Of a stretch of 64,000 nt of DNA, positions 36,511 through 48,767 are shown in pieces (position 1 is the first letter of the stretch; the number at the start of each line of letters is the position of its first letter). Below the pieces are notes generated by a model that was not told where the DNA came from, made no database searches, and worked only from the letters and a program-made list of their open reading frames with translations. Both the position numbers and the translations under genes were made by a program. This DNA comes from Laetmonice hystrix (Eukaryota), in contig OZ249436.1 in the NCBI GenBank assembly GCA_965235115.1, positions 23,066,001-23,130,000 on the forward strand, written 5' to 3'.

Positions 36511-37647
36511 GGGCTCTCAAAAGTAGCCGGTCACCGGCGGCAAAACACCGTCTAAAACAAGTGTTGCCGCCGCCTACTTTTTGTTGAATGACAAAAAATC
36601 TTTTTAACAATATTCTTTTTTCACTTTCCTGCACATAGGATCCGTACAAGGCCTAAGCATGTACCAAAAGAACATGTCAGTGATGACCAATTGCCCCTCT
36701 CAGATGCCAGGTAATTGCATATCAGGGGGACATTGTTTCAGATTTTTCCGGGGGCGGGCCCTCGGACTCCCCCCCCCCCCCCCCGAGAGCTGTACACTGC
36801 AACTTTCTCTTCTGTACCCTGCTACTCCTGCCAACTTTGAGAGCCCTGAGATAGGATGTGGCGATAGCCACATTATGAATCCCATCCCCCTGGGGCGTTC
36901 CCGTCCCACCCATTCTGTTCTATTCGTTTTCAACATGAAACATGGCTCCATCTTGTACCTTTCACAAGTAATAATCTTTAGTAGATGCCAATATTGTCAT
37001 TATAACGTCAAACAGCACGCTACTATACATCATGAATCTTGGGGTAAATTGAAAGAGATTCCAATGCCATAATTATCATAGGCATCGGAAGATACTTTTT
37101 TCTTAGAATATGCCAATGACGTCATTATGACGTCATACGATATGCTACATAATAAATATTGGTATCAATTGAAAGAGCATCTTTCCATCATGATTAATGG
37201 TAACTGAGGGCCAATCTGGCACCGTTTAGCAGTTACACTTACAGGCCAAAGAAAATCATTAAGCGACAAAGTAGGCTAAATACTAAAATATGAACATACT
37301 TTTATATACTTTTGTAAGGTGATTTTACGTTACTATGCGACTATTATGCACTTTTTCTTTTATTTTTGTGACCAGGTTCTCAACCAAACCGAGCAGTGCT
37401 TACAGTCTGCAATTTGGTGACTCCATCTGTAGGTGCTGCGATCCCGGTCTTATAGAACCAATGGGCGAGGGGTAGGGGATCAGGGGAAATGCCTCAGAAA
37501 ATTTTGAAATTTGAAGGCATTTGGCCCATTTTGGACCAAGAGAAAGGTATTAAATTGCATGTAAAAGGGGGTGTTTTTCAAAATAGGCCCTAAATACAAT
37601 TTCCTTCTTCAGATGGTGTAGTCGGCTATTTACAGGATGTACAGGAT

Positions 37648-37691
37648 GTATTAATTAATTAATTAATTAATTAATTAATTTATTTATTAAT

Positions 37692-37762
<71 letters not shown>

Positions 37763-37820
37763 GGACTGTATTTATTTATTTATTTATTTAGGACTTTATT
37801 TATTTAGGACTTTATTTATA
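37648..37820. repeat. (TTAA)n/(TTTA)n microsatellite
   Basis: Read directly from the sequence. Confidence 0.95.
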
Positions 37821-37829
37821 AAAATTCTA

Positions 37830-38310
37830 CCATTCAAAGTCAAGTCTCTTGTTTTCCAAATAATTAAGGTTGTCTTTAGGGATTGTAATTTGGATTCATA
37901 ATTAATCTGCACCATCCTCTGTTTATTGTGACTTTAGAAGTTTAACGGTTGTATCTGTTCATTTTAAAACCAAAAGCTTTTCCTACATTATGCCTTGCAC
38001 TTCCAATCCGAGTCCCTTTATACTGGTCGAAGTTAGATCTATGGGGGGAAAATAAAAAATAAATCCACATGGCTTCTGTTTTATCCATACTAATTTTAAA
38101 CCAGAATATTTGCCAATTTTTTTTCACTACCTCCAAAAAGGCTTTTGTAGATTCTTTATCTGCTATTAAACCAGTAGTGTCGTCCGCGAAAAGTGACACC
38201 TTCAAATTTTATACCCTTTATGTACAACCTGTACCAGGATATCTAGCCATTCCTCCATGGTGAACAACTCTGTATCAAGCTCGATCCAATGCTTGAACCT
38301 GCTAGTGACC
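37830..38310 (-). mobile_element. L1/Tx1-like reverse transcriptase fragment
   Basis: KVSLFADDTT...(frameshift)..SGLKISMDKTEAMWI and an upstream FKHWI motif. Confidence 0.7.
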
Positions 38311-38833
38311 AGGTTTGAGGGAGGTTTTGATCTGTTTGAGCATATAATGAAGTTGATCCTCAGTGGGGCATACCAAAATTGATTTGATCTCAGATTTAAT
38401 CCAGATCAACGTTGATCTGAGCTTCGTCTTGGGATGATGACTAAGGTCACACCGATAAGTGGAACACTGTCAACGGCGACTTTTTAAAAATACCGCCCGG
38501 GTCAAGGGCCAAATAGGGTATAAACAAACGGACGAAGCCAGGGGGAGAATGTCTCTACATTTCGGTTGATTATTCCTGTATTAAACATAGGCGGATCCAG
38601 TGGGGTGTCGGCGACGCCGGACCCCCCCCCCCCCCCCTCAAATTTATAACCCTAGTGCATGACGCGTAGGGCCTATAAGGGCCTATTTTGAGATAATTTG
38701 ACTAATTATGTGTGTTCAAGCCGCAGACACAAAGTAGGAGGTATAGGCCTAGCAGTAGGCGTTTTAGGCCTATAGATTTGTCATTCAGGCGGTCCTATGG
38801 CTCTCGTCGCGGGCGAGCGTGCGGATTTTGGTG

Positions 38834-41496
38834 CAGGTGTATACATACGCTCAAACCACTACCCCCTCAAAGCACCACGGTAGGGCGTACGCCCAAACCA
38901 CTCTAGAGCAGGCCCGTAGCCAGCCTTTCAGGTGGGGGGGGGGGGGGGGGGTCTGGACTTCGATGGGCGGAACAAGGTATATGGTTGGGCAGTCTAGGAC
39001 AGGGCCGTAGCTAGAAATTTCTGAGTTGGGGGGGGGGGGGGAGTCATGGGTGGATCCAGGAGAAGGCAAAGGCTCCAAGACATGAGCGGGGGGTCTGGGA
39101 AAAAAATGGAAATTACAGGGCCAAATACGCGTTTTCCTGGCATCTGGAAAATAAATCGAAGGTTTTCCAGAGCCTATCCAGCACTAAAGGGTGGAACAAA
39201 ATCTTAGGGATGGGCAACTGGGGGGGGGGGGGGGGGTCGCCCGACCCCCCCGACCCACCCTGGCTACGGGCCTGTAGAGTGATCTAAGCGTACGCTGAAA
39301 CCACTCTACGGCCCTGGTGTGATGGGAGCATGCTATATTGTAAGCCTATAGCCCTATAGGCAGTGGCGGATCGGGGGGGGGGGGGAGGTGTCGGCGACGT
39401 CCAGACCCCCCCCCCCTCAGATTTTGCCAAATTTAATAGTTTATAACCATTTTTATTTTATTTTTACAACAGACCCCCCCCCCCCCCCCTTCGATTTGCA
39501 TGGATATGCTGGACCCCCCCTAGGACCCTCCCCCCTGAATATAGACCCTAGATCCGCCCCTGATAGGTAGGGGTTATCTAGCCATACGGTCGTTGCCTTT
39601 TTGGGGGGAGGGCGAGGAATTTAAAGGGGGTTTGTATGACCCCCGAACCCCCCAGCGTACGGTCATGACCGTCATCTATTTGGGTGATTAGCTTTAAAGT
39701 GTAGGCCTATATGTTACGACGAGGGCTACTTTATTGATAGTTTATCTTTATGGCATAATAATGCACTGCTGTAGAATGGCAAACAAATGTCGACTCGGCA
39801 AAGAATGAACAGAAGTTACATCTCCGAGTGCAGTCTAAAACAGCTGGACAACACACGTGTTGACCATTTTACTTTGTTCTCACACTGTCTTTGGCACCAA
39901 AACTGTCAATCTAGGATGCTGCTTTCCAGAGGCGGATCTAGGGGGCCCCAGGGGCCCGCCCTCCCTATATTTTGGACAAAATTGATTTCGTGTAATCATT
40001 TCAGTTAATTTGTTCTTTTCTTTTAATTATTTTCAATTTATTTTAGTACTTCACAGGTCTCACCTTCAGGGTAACCCCCCCCCCCCCAAATGTCCTATGT
40101 GCACTTTCATTGCTTCGCCAAATATAGGCTAACCCCTTTCCGACTTCCTTCCGGTCGCCCCCCCCCCCCCCCAAGCGAAAATCCAGGGGCAGGTTGCACT
40201 AACGGTCCTACGGGTTAGGACTGAATTTAGGACCAGTCCTACTAAGCGTCATGCCCCCCCAAGCACTTCATATCTATCTGAGTTTCAATAGCCCTTGAGA
40301 TATAAAAGTATATATTATGGATATTGGCCCCTGTTGAATGTAGGACTGGTCCTAAATTCAGTCCTAACCTGTAGAACCGTTAGTGCAACCCACCCCTGGA
40401 TCCGCCCCTGCTTTCATAGGGACTAGGCCTTGAGGTCCCATGGGCCGTCCCTTTCGTGATGTCTTGAGCGATTATAGCCAGAACGGCCTGAAATTCTGGG
40501 TCACGTTAAGCGTGAAATTTTACCACTTTTAGCAATAACTTCTTAACGCTGGTAAGTTAATATATTAAAAACACACGGAGAGGTGTCTTATAATATGATA
40601 TAGGCCTTCCCATTGCTACAAAGGATTCTATTTCCGTAACATATACTTTAACATCAGTAGGCCTACTAAAATGACGTTTCACTTTGCGCCATTGGCGATT
40701 TCACTTTGCCCCAGGTCGGGAGTCAGGGGCAAAGTTGAATATTTCTGATTTATTTTACACGAACTTTGTTTGTGTCATCTGTAAGTGTTACCCCGAGGTC
40801 AGAACATAATAGTCGAAATGGTTTGCACCGTCTACATTTTTCACAGCGTTTTGGCCATGCAAAATGTTGTGGTCCGCTTTGCCCTGGTCTCCCGTAGTCA
40901 TCTGATCTTCTTTACCGCTTCATGTTCTATAAATTATAATATGATTAAATTTAAATTTAAACGCCGCCTCTGTCCTCAGCCCTACGCACACAGTCGAGAC
41001 AATTGCAAATTATTTCCTTTTTTTCATGAAGTTAAGATGTAACAGCAACATAGGCTTATATGAATTTTATAATAAACAAGTTAACCTTATATTTCCCAGT
41101 GTATTTGTGCATGTATTCTTCATGATAGGTCTATTCTTGTTGGGTGATAGGCCTAAGTTTTAGAATTATTTATTGTGAAAGACAATTATTCATTGACATA
41201 AAGAGATCATCTTGGCCACAATGTATCAGCAAAATAATTGCTATTTATTATATAGGCCTAGGTCTAAGCTGAGATGCTATGCTCCTTTGTCATTTGTCCT
41301 ATCACAGGTAGCCACGGGTAGAGTGTTTTCAGCGTGGGGTAGTGTTTTGAGATTCCGTGTGGGTAGTGTTCTGAGCGTGAAGGTAGTGGCCTGAGCGTAC
41401 GCTGAAATCACTACATGCAGTAGTCATCTGGGCGTACGCTCAAACCACCCTATAGAGTGTTCTGAGCGGGGTAGAGGTCTGGGCGTCCTACACCTG
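38834..41496. mobile_element. CAGGTGTA-terminal element carrying several nested G-tract hAT-like MITEs (38909-39274, 39361-39562, 39927-40410) and a Harbinger MITE (40187-40395)
   Basis: The ends CAGGTGTA..ACGCTCAAACCACTACCCC and GGGGTAGAGGTCTGGGCGTCCTACACCTG. Nested MITEs have 5-bp TSDs TAGAG, ATAGG and CTTTC. Confidence 0.6.
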
Positions 41497-43904
41497 TTTG
41501 CGGGTTCCAGTGGTGTATCCAGGATTCGTCGGGAGGGGGGAGGGGGGTCAAAGGATTGGTCGGGGGGGGGGGCAGATGATCACATTTCCATGTTATCCTG
41601 TTATGGGAGGGGGTTCCGTGCAAGCCACCCCCTGGATATGCCACTGGGTCCGACCCTCCAGATGCGGGTCACTGGGGGGGGGGGGGGGGGGGGTTCAAAG
41701 CATGAAAGTTTGTGTATGGGAGGCGGGATGAGTGAAGGTTCGAAGAATTATTGGGGGGGGGGGGATTGAAGCCTAGTAAAACCCACCCACATTTTTCATG
41801 GGGGGGTGCAACCCCCCTAACCCCCGGTTCCGCCGCCTATAATTATGTATGGTGGTATCCAGCAGCCTGTGTTGGGTGACATGAGAGTCTGGATGATCGA
41901 GACTGCCTCCGCGGCCTCTCACCATGGGGGGGGGGGGGGCCTACCCGCAAGGATACTCACCAGGTGGCGCCAGCTATTAAATCCGAGGGAGCGCGAGTGT
42001 GGGGAGCATGCTGGTCTCATTCCTGTAATTCAGGTATGTTCCACCAGATGGCAGCACACCTGCAGCGCCAGGCGCGGTCAGGCCACGTGCGCTGTCAGTG
42101 CTGGCCGTCCTGTCACATGTCACAGTCAGGCCGGGCGCGTACCGAACCTCCGAATCAGACCATGGACTCCTAACATGGGCCCATCTCCTGCTTATCGTAT
42201 CCATCTTGAAAATACCGGATTGGGGGGGGGGGGGGGGGGCTACACTATCCCAGCATCTGGGGATAAAAGACGCCATGGCAGTTGAGTATAGGGCCTATGC
42301 ATTCTGGCTTATTTTAGGTAGGCTATAAAACTGTATAGACTCCTCTACCTAACTTAAAATGAAAAAATAGATAGGGGGCCTAAGGTTTTCTCATTTCCGT
42401 ATTAATTTTCGACTTTTTTTTCAGAAAATAAAATTATTGGAGGGGGGGGGGGGGGGGGGGGCTATAGCAAGATGAGCAGAAAGAACACGGCCGTAGAATC
42501 TCGATCGGCCAAATCCCAGACACGGTCCGCCCAACGCATGTATAGCCGGCGCTCCGGTACTTCACTTTCATGGAGGAAACGTCACGCTGGTTTTAGTCAA
42601 TCATAACTTTATTATATCCTTATCTCCAACCACACAATTACACAATACATATTCACAATAAGCGTGTCCACTAGGCGGAGTAGTCCAGAATAATACCAAA
42701 AGAAATCTGAAAATCCCGGGGGGGGGGGCAGTTGCCCGTCTTGCCCCCCCCCCCCCGCAGGCTACGGCCCTGGTGGTCACAATATTGCAATTAATTGCGG
42801 GATACCATTAATTTGACGAATACATGCCTCCTCCTCTCCATCTAGCCTTCATTCAGCAGAGGCTCAGCAAGGAGACAGGGAACAGGCAAGGAATCATCGC
42901 GGTTTTCATACCAGAGAACCTGTCATTCAAACATTTAGATAACATTTTATTTTCTTTCAATGAACACACTACAGCTCGTTTCACCAACACATTTATTGTA
43001 TTTATTTAACGCTTGTGTTTCGTTTCCTTTTAGGATAGGGGCCATACGCGTGGAAACCATATTTTCATTGGGGGGAGGGGGGCTGAGGCATGGCCCGGCA
43101 AAGCGCCGTAGGGGGTGCGGTTCAGGGGGTCGAGCCCCCCATGGCAACCAATATTTCTTTTCCCCCCAGAACTTATGAGTTGACCATGCTGACCCCTCTT
43201 CCAATAGCAAATTCTACCCATGACCCCCCCCCCCCAAAAAAAAAACAATCCTGGGCGCCCCCCCCCCCCCGTCACTGCAGTGCCTTCATCTAATTAATAT
43301 GCATCAACAAGAAAACTTTGTCTCCTTAGTGCTGCCACTGAATAGGACATGTCCGACATCATAATAGTGATGCTTGGAATCCCTTGGAATCCAAAATAAG
43401 CTAAATATGTTCAAAAAAGACGATATCAACCATCCAGAGGCCTCTGTCGCCCAAAGCTATAAGTGTGACTTTCCTTTTTCTGATTTTTGGTCTCCTGGCA
43501 GTGGCATATCTCTGTTATTAAAATATAATATTGGCAAATAGTGGGGAGGGGGCGAAACTCAATCAAATTAAAATTAGATCTGTTATTTCGCATGCGCTCC
43601 ATACTGTACGTAGGCCTATATGGAGCGTATAGACAGCACTGACACAACCGAGATAGACGCGGAATACCAAGATTTAATTTTAATTCGATTGGTAGCCTAG
43701 ATTGGGGCGAAACAATATTATGATGATATTTTTTGATTTTTACCCGTTCATGATGAGGCAACCTTGTGACAGTAAGCCATCACGATTCACGACCATGAGG
43801 ACCATGTTACGTGTACGATGTGGTGTAGGTAGGTCAAGCGGCATCTGATTATCTGGTTTTCACTGTTCCAGCCAGGTGTGATCCTTGCGGTGATCAACAG
43901 ATTA

Positions 43905-44185
43905 ATTAGAAATTAGAATTAGAATAAGAATAGAAATAGAAATAGAAGATTTATTAATTAAATATAGATACAATGTATAATATAAATATAGATATAATAA
44001 ATATAGATATAATATTAATTAAATATAGAATTATAGATTAATTATAGAATTAATTATGAACCTTAAGTATAGAATTGAGTATAGAATTAAATATAAAGTT
44101 AAATATGAATTAAATATAGAATTATAGATATAGATTATAAATATAGAATTATAGATTAAATAGAAAATATCAGATTAATTATAGG
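43905..44185. repeat. AT-rich low-complexity repeat (TAGAAT/ATATAG)
   Basis: Read directly from the sequence. Confidence 0.85.
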
Positions 44186-44881
44186 TTGCAATGAACTCGA
44201 GGCAGCCTCAAAATGAAACCAGGATAATTGTGTACCTATTTTTGTAATCAAGTTTTTCCTTTTAATGTGCTGGGAGGTCTGTCATGGTAGGAGACAAAAG
44301 GTTTATTCCTCCAAGGGATAATTTTTGCTTTGATTCCAGTTTGCTTTGAATGGGCTGGGAGGCCTGTCGTGGCTTGAGACGAAAGGTGTATTCGTTCAAG
44401 AAATGGCCAGACAACATCATGGCCATTTCACTTCTTATCAGTTACGTTCGTGGGTATCGTGACTGGATACTGAATGGTTGTGACCTTTGTAATAGGCCTA
44501 CATTAAAATCTATCTGAAAAAGACTGGACATGTTTTGTATTTCTTTTTTTCTTCAAAGTTGATTTTGCTTAATTCCTTTGTATTTACACGTAATCCATAA
44601 AAATGACGCCCTCTGTTTCAGGTCCCCCTTTACAGTACTGGACTGCGTTCTCTTGGTTCAGAAAAGAAAATATAACACCTATTTACAAATGATGACGAGT
44701 TTCTGACGAATTTTTGACGAATTGACGAGTTTACCTTCGGCAGACAGGGCGTTCTAAGTACCCAAAACTACTCCTTTTGGGGTGCTTGGATTGAGTAGGC
44801 AAAACTACTCAGATTGACGAATATTTTGCCCGCTGAGATTTTCTGTGTAGCAACAGTTTGAACGGACATGTATACTTCTTA

Positions 44882-45150
44882 GGCTGGGTTTCCATAGGAG
44901 TATACGTTTCACGGCTCAAGGTTCACGCGTGAATAGAAGAATGTACACATCATTTTCAAAGTGCAGTATTATGGCCGTAGGCGTTCACGTGTCACTCTTC
45001 ACACTCATGTCACGAGTCACGCGTGAATCAAAGAACGAGCTTGCTCGTTTTCTCTGACGTGAAAAGTCAACGTGAACTTGGTGGAAACCGTCAAGAAAGT
45101 GAACCATGAAGCGTGACACGTAAGGCGTGAACTTCTATGGAAACCCAGCC
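44882..45150. mobile_element. PIF/Harbinger MITE
   Basis: TTA-GGCTGGGTTTCCATAG ... CTATGGAAACCCAGCC-TTA. Confidence 0.85.
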
Positions 45151-45156
45151 TTATAC

Positions 45157-45437
45157 ACTGGCGGATCCAGGATTTCACTAAAGGGGGGGGGGGGGGGGGG
45201 GGCACAGAAAAGTAATTCATGATTGTTTGCATTTCTAACTAAAGCTGAATGCTCTTGAATGTGAGTTTTAGAGGTATAGGCCTACATAATAGCTCAGGGT
45301 TTCCCTGAAATACACCGTCACTGTTAAAATTATTTAAAAATGAGTAGGCTATAGCCGTTTATAGGCCTAGAATCTATAATGAGTGAAGCTAAAGGGGGGC
45401 ACGTGCCCCCTGTGCCCCCCTCTGGATCCGCCTTTGT
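45157..45437. mobile_element. hAT-like G-tract MITE; close paralog at ~49481-49731
   Basis: CACTGGCGGATCCAGGATTTCACTAAGGGG...CCCTCTGGATCCGC in both copies. Confidence 0.7.
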
Positions 45438-46363
45438 CATAGGCCGAGTTCGTTTGGAACTCTAGAGTCGATCCAACCGGTACGAGTGCCAATCGAACTC
45501 AACAAAACCCGAGGGTAGCGATCCGCGTGACGTCTGACCTATGTACATGTACCCGGTCCGACTCAACCCTGGCCAATACGGGCAATTTTTACATGTTGTT
45601 TATCATGGTTCGGCGCATTATAAGCGATAAAATGTGCGCCTTGTGACAATGGCGATTATGCTTCGCGAGGGCGGCGACTGGTTTGCGATCGCCCGAGCCC
45701 CAGAAAATGTAACCCCAGTCGCGTGCACTCGCCAATATGAATTTCAGTGGATCAGATTCCGCGACTGTTTCGCTGTATTCTCGCTGTATTCGTAACTTTC
45801 AGGAGCCTCGCTAAAAGAAAGACATATGCAGAGACCTTACTTTGTGGGGAATAATTCTGGGTACTTTTTTCTATAGGTCGTCGCGACAAATTTTGCTTGG
45901 CAAGCGCTGCTAGGTGGAAGAGTCACAAACTTCCAGGTTTTAGGAATACTTTTTGATTATTTGAAATGGTCGTATACGAAAAAAAATCATTGAATCTATT
46001 TATTAAATTTCATACTGAACAAAAGCCAAATATGTCTAGTTTCTTTTCCAATAACTTCCATGTGACTTGATTCATTATTGCCACCGCGAGCGCGTTTGCA
46101 AGCACCTGAGTTAAGGCCTGTACCCGCTAGAGCGTTTTACCGCTGCGGTCCACGCTGAGCGACAAAACGCGCCAGTGGGTTCAGTCCTTACGCCAAGCAC
46201 AACCGCCTTCAGGAGATATGTGGACATTTCCGAATTACGTGGGAGTCCGAATTTTATCACGATCAATACAACAATAACAGCTAAAGGCCTAAACCCACTA
46301 GCGCGTTTTGTCGCTCAGCGTGGCCCGCAGCGGTAAAACGCGCTAGTGGGTACAGGCCTTCAT

Positions 46364-47228
46364 GGTACGTTCACACTTGCGGCGCGACGCGGTGCGGTGA
46401 GGTGCGGCAAAAAATAACCACGCGGTTCTTCAAAATCAGGGGCCTTATTCACAAAGGGCACGCAAGACTTGCGGACTCGCAAACTATTATTAACCAACTG
46501 GACAACAATAGTTTGCGAGTCCGCAAGTCTTGCGTGTCCTTTGTGAATAAGGCCCCTGTACTGTTCACACATAGCGCGGCTCGGCACGGCGCGGCGCAGT
46601 GCGATGGGTAGAAATTTCAGGAAATGACGTATTGAAGGACACCAGTCGTACTCAGGTGTCCTTCAGACCTCAAAGATAATGGACGTCTTGCTGCATGACA
46701 GCCACCTTGATGAAGAAGAGGAAGAAGAATATTTCTTGTGCATGATAGCTAGCTATCGTGGGTTGAAAAGACCCAGAAGATGGTGGGTGCATCCCATTAA
46801 CCAAAGACGGAAAATGTAGCCTATGGGGCATTCAATTCACTTGTGCCTGAGTTAAAGATGCATGTTGATCGCTACAGGCAATATCTACGCCTCGATGCTG
46901 AACAGTTTGCCGATGTACTGGGTTATGTTGCTCCTGTTATAACCAAAAAAGATCCATCATAGAGAAATGCCATCAGCGCAGAGGAGCGACTCAAAGTAGA
47001 GGAGCGTCACAAGGGGGGTATTCCTTCCGGAATCCTCACGCGGCAAGCGAACCAACGCGGAAAAATACTGCAGGAGAGTTCGTGGGCGGTGAGAATCGCT
47101 CGCCGCGTCATACCGCGTCCTGCCGCACCGCACCGCACCGCAAGTCTGAACACGTTCATTACTTAACATTGGGAGCGTTTAGGGGCGGTTAAAACCGCGC
47201 CGCGCCGCGCCGCAAGTGTGAACAGGCC
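46364..47228 (+). mobile_element. Internally deleted PIF/Harbinger element, copy A (contains nested MITE 46440-46555)
   Basis: TIR GG(TAC/CCT)GTTCACACTTGCGGCGCG. Transposase N-terminus RRWWVHPINQRR...FNSLVPEL...AISAEERLKV. Confidence 0.85.
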
Positions 47229-47231
47229 TTT

Positions 47232-47986
47232 GCCTGTTCACACTTGCGGCGCGGTGCGGCGCGGCGCGGCGCGGTTATAACCGCCCCTAAACGCTCCCAA
47301 TGTTAAGTAATGAACGTGTTCAGACTTGCGGTGCGGTGCGGTGCGGCACGACGCGGTATGACGCGGCGAGCGATTCTCACCGCCCACGAACTCTCCTGCA
47401 GTATTTTTCCGCGTTGGTTCGCTTGCCGCGTGGGGATTCCGGAAGGAATACCCCCCTTGTGACGTCATTTACTTTGAGTCGCTCCTCTGCGCTGATGGCA
47501 TTTCTCCATGATGTATCTTTTTTGGTTATAACAGGAGCAACATAACCCAGTAGGCCTACATCGGCAAACTGTTCAGCATCGAGGCGTAGATATTGCCTGT
47601 AGCGATCAACATGCATCTTTAACTCAGGCACAAGTGAATTGAATGCCCCATACATTTTCCGTCTTTGGTTAATGGGATGCACCCACCATCTTCTGGGTCT
47701 TTTCAACCCACGATAGCTAGCTATCATGCACAAGAAATATCCTTCTTCCTCTTCTTCGTCAAGGTGGCTGTCATGCAGCAAGACGTCCATTATCTTTGAC
47801 GTCTGAAGGACACCTGAGTACGACTGGTGTCCTTCAGTACGTCATTTCCTGAAATTTCTACCCATCGCACTGCGCCGCGCCGTGCCGCGCCGCGCTCTGT
47901 GTGAACAGTACAAATTTTGAAGAACCGCGTGGTTATTTTTTGCCGCACCTCACCGCACCGCGTCGCGCCGCAAGTGTGAACGTACC
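47232..47986 (-). mobile_element. Same Harbinger element, copy B (inverted relative to A)
   Basis: ORF 47377-47790 encodes the same HARBI1-type N-terminal region. TIRs are present. Confidence 0.85.
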
Positions 47987-48034
47987 TTTAAGAAAAATTA
48001 AGCTTTTAGTCCGCAAATTACGCCGGTGAAATTG

Positions 48035-48767
48035 TGTTCAGACTTGCGGCGCGGTGCGGCGCGGCGCGGCGCGGTTTTAACCGCCCCTAAACGCTCCCAA
48101 TGTTAAGTAATGAACGTGTTCAGACTTGCGGTGCGGTGCGGTGCGACAGGACGCGGTATGACGCGGTATGACGCGGCGAGCGATTCTCACCGCCCACGAA
48201 ATCTCCTGCAGTATTTTTCCGCGTTGGTTCGCTTGCCGCGTGAGGATTCCGGAAGGAATACCCCCCTTGTGACGTCATTGTCGGCCCACCGGACTGATGA
48301 GGGTTGGTTTTTGGTAAGAATTCTCTGCCTGAAGTGAGAATTATCGGGCAATGGCCGACGAACCAGCGTTAAGGTCGAACACTATGTTTATTGTCGGGTA
48401 TATTAACAGGCAGCAATGAAAGTAAGGGACTCTTGTGTGTAAACATTGGTTAATGGGATGCACCCACCATCTTCTGGGTCTTTTCAACCCACGATAGCTA
48501 GCTATCATGCACAAGAAATATTCTTCTTCCTCTTCTTCGTCAAGGTGGCTGTCATGCAGCAAGACGTCCATTATCTTTGAGGTCTGAAGGACACCTGAGT
48601 ACGACTGGTGTCCTTCAGTACGTCATTTCCTGAAATTTCTACCCATCGCACCGCGCCGCGCCGTGCCGCGCCGCGCTATGTGTGAACAGTACAAATTTTG
48701 AAGAACCGCGTGGTTATTTTTTGCCGCACCTCACCGCACCGCGTCGCGCCGCAAGTGTGAACGTACC
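48035..48767 (-). mobile_element. Same Harbinger element, copy C, with a foreign internal segment; related MITE follows at 48773-48957
   Basis: Ends match copy B. 48279-48446 is unrelated sequence. Confidence 0.8.

Noticed and set aside
48290..48345. Hammerhead ribozyme at CTGATGAG
   Set aside because: No stem II closed by GAAA and no matching stem III/cleavage triplet.
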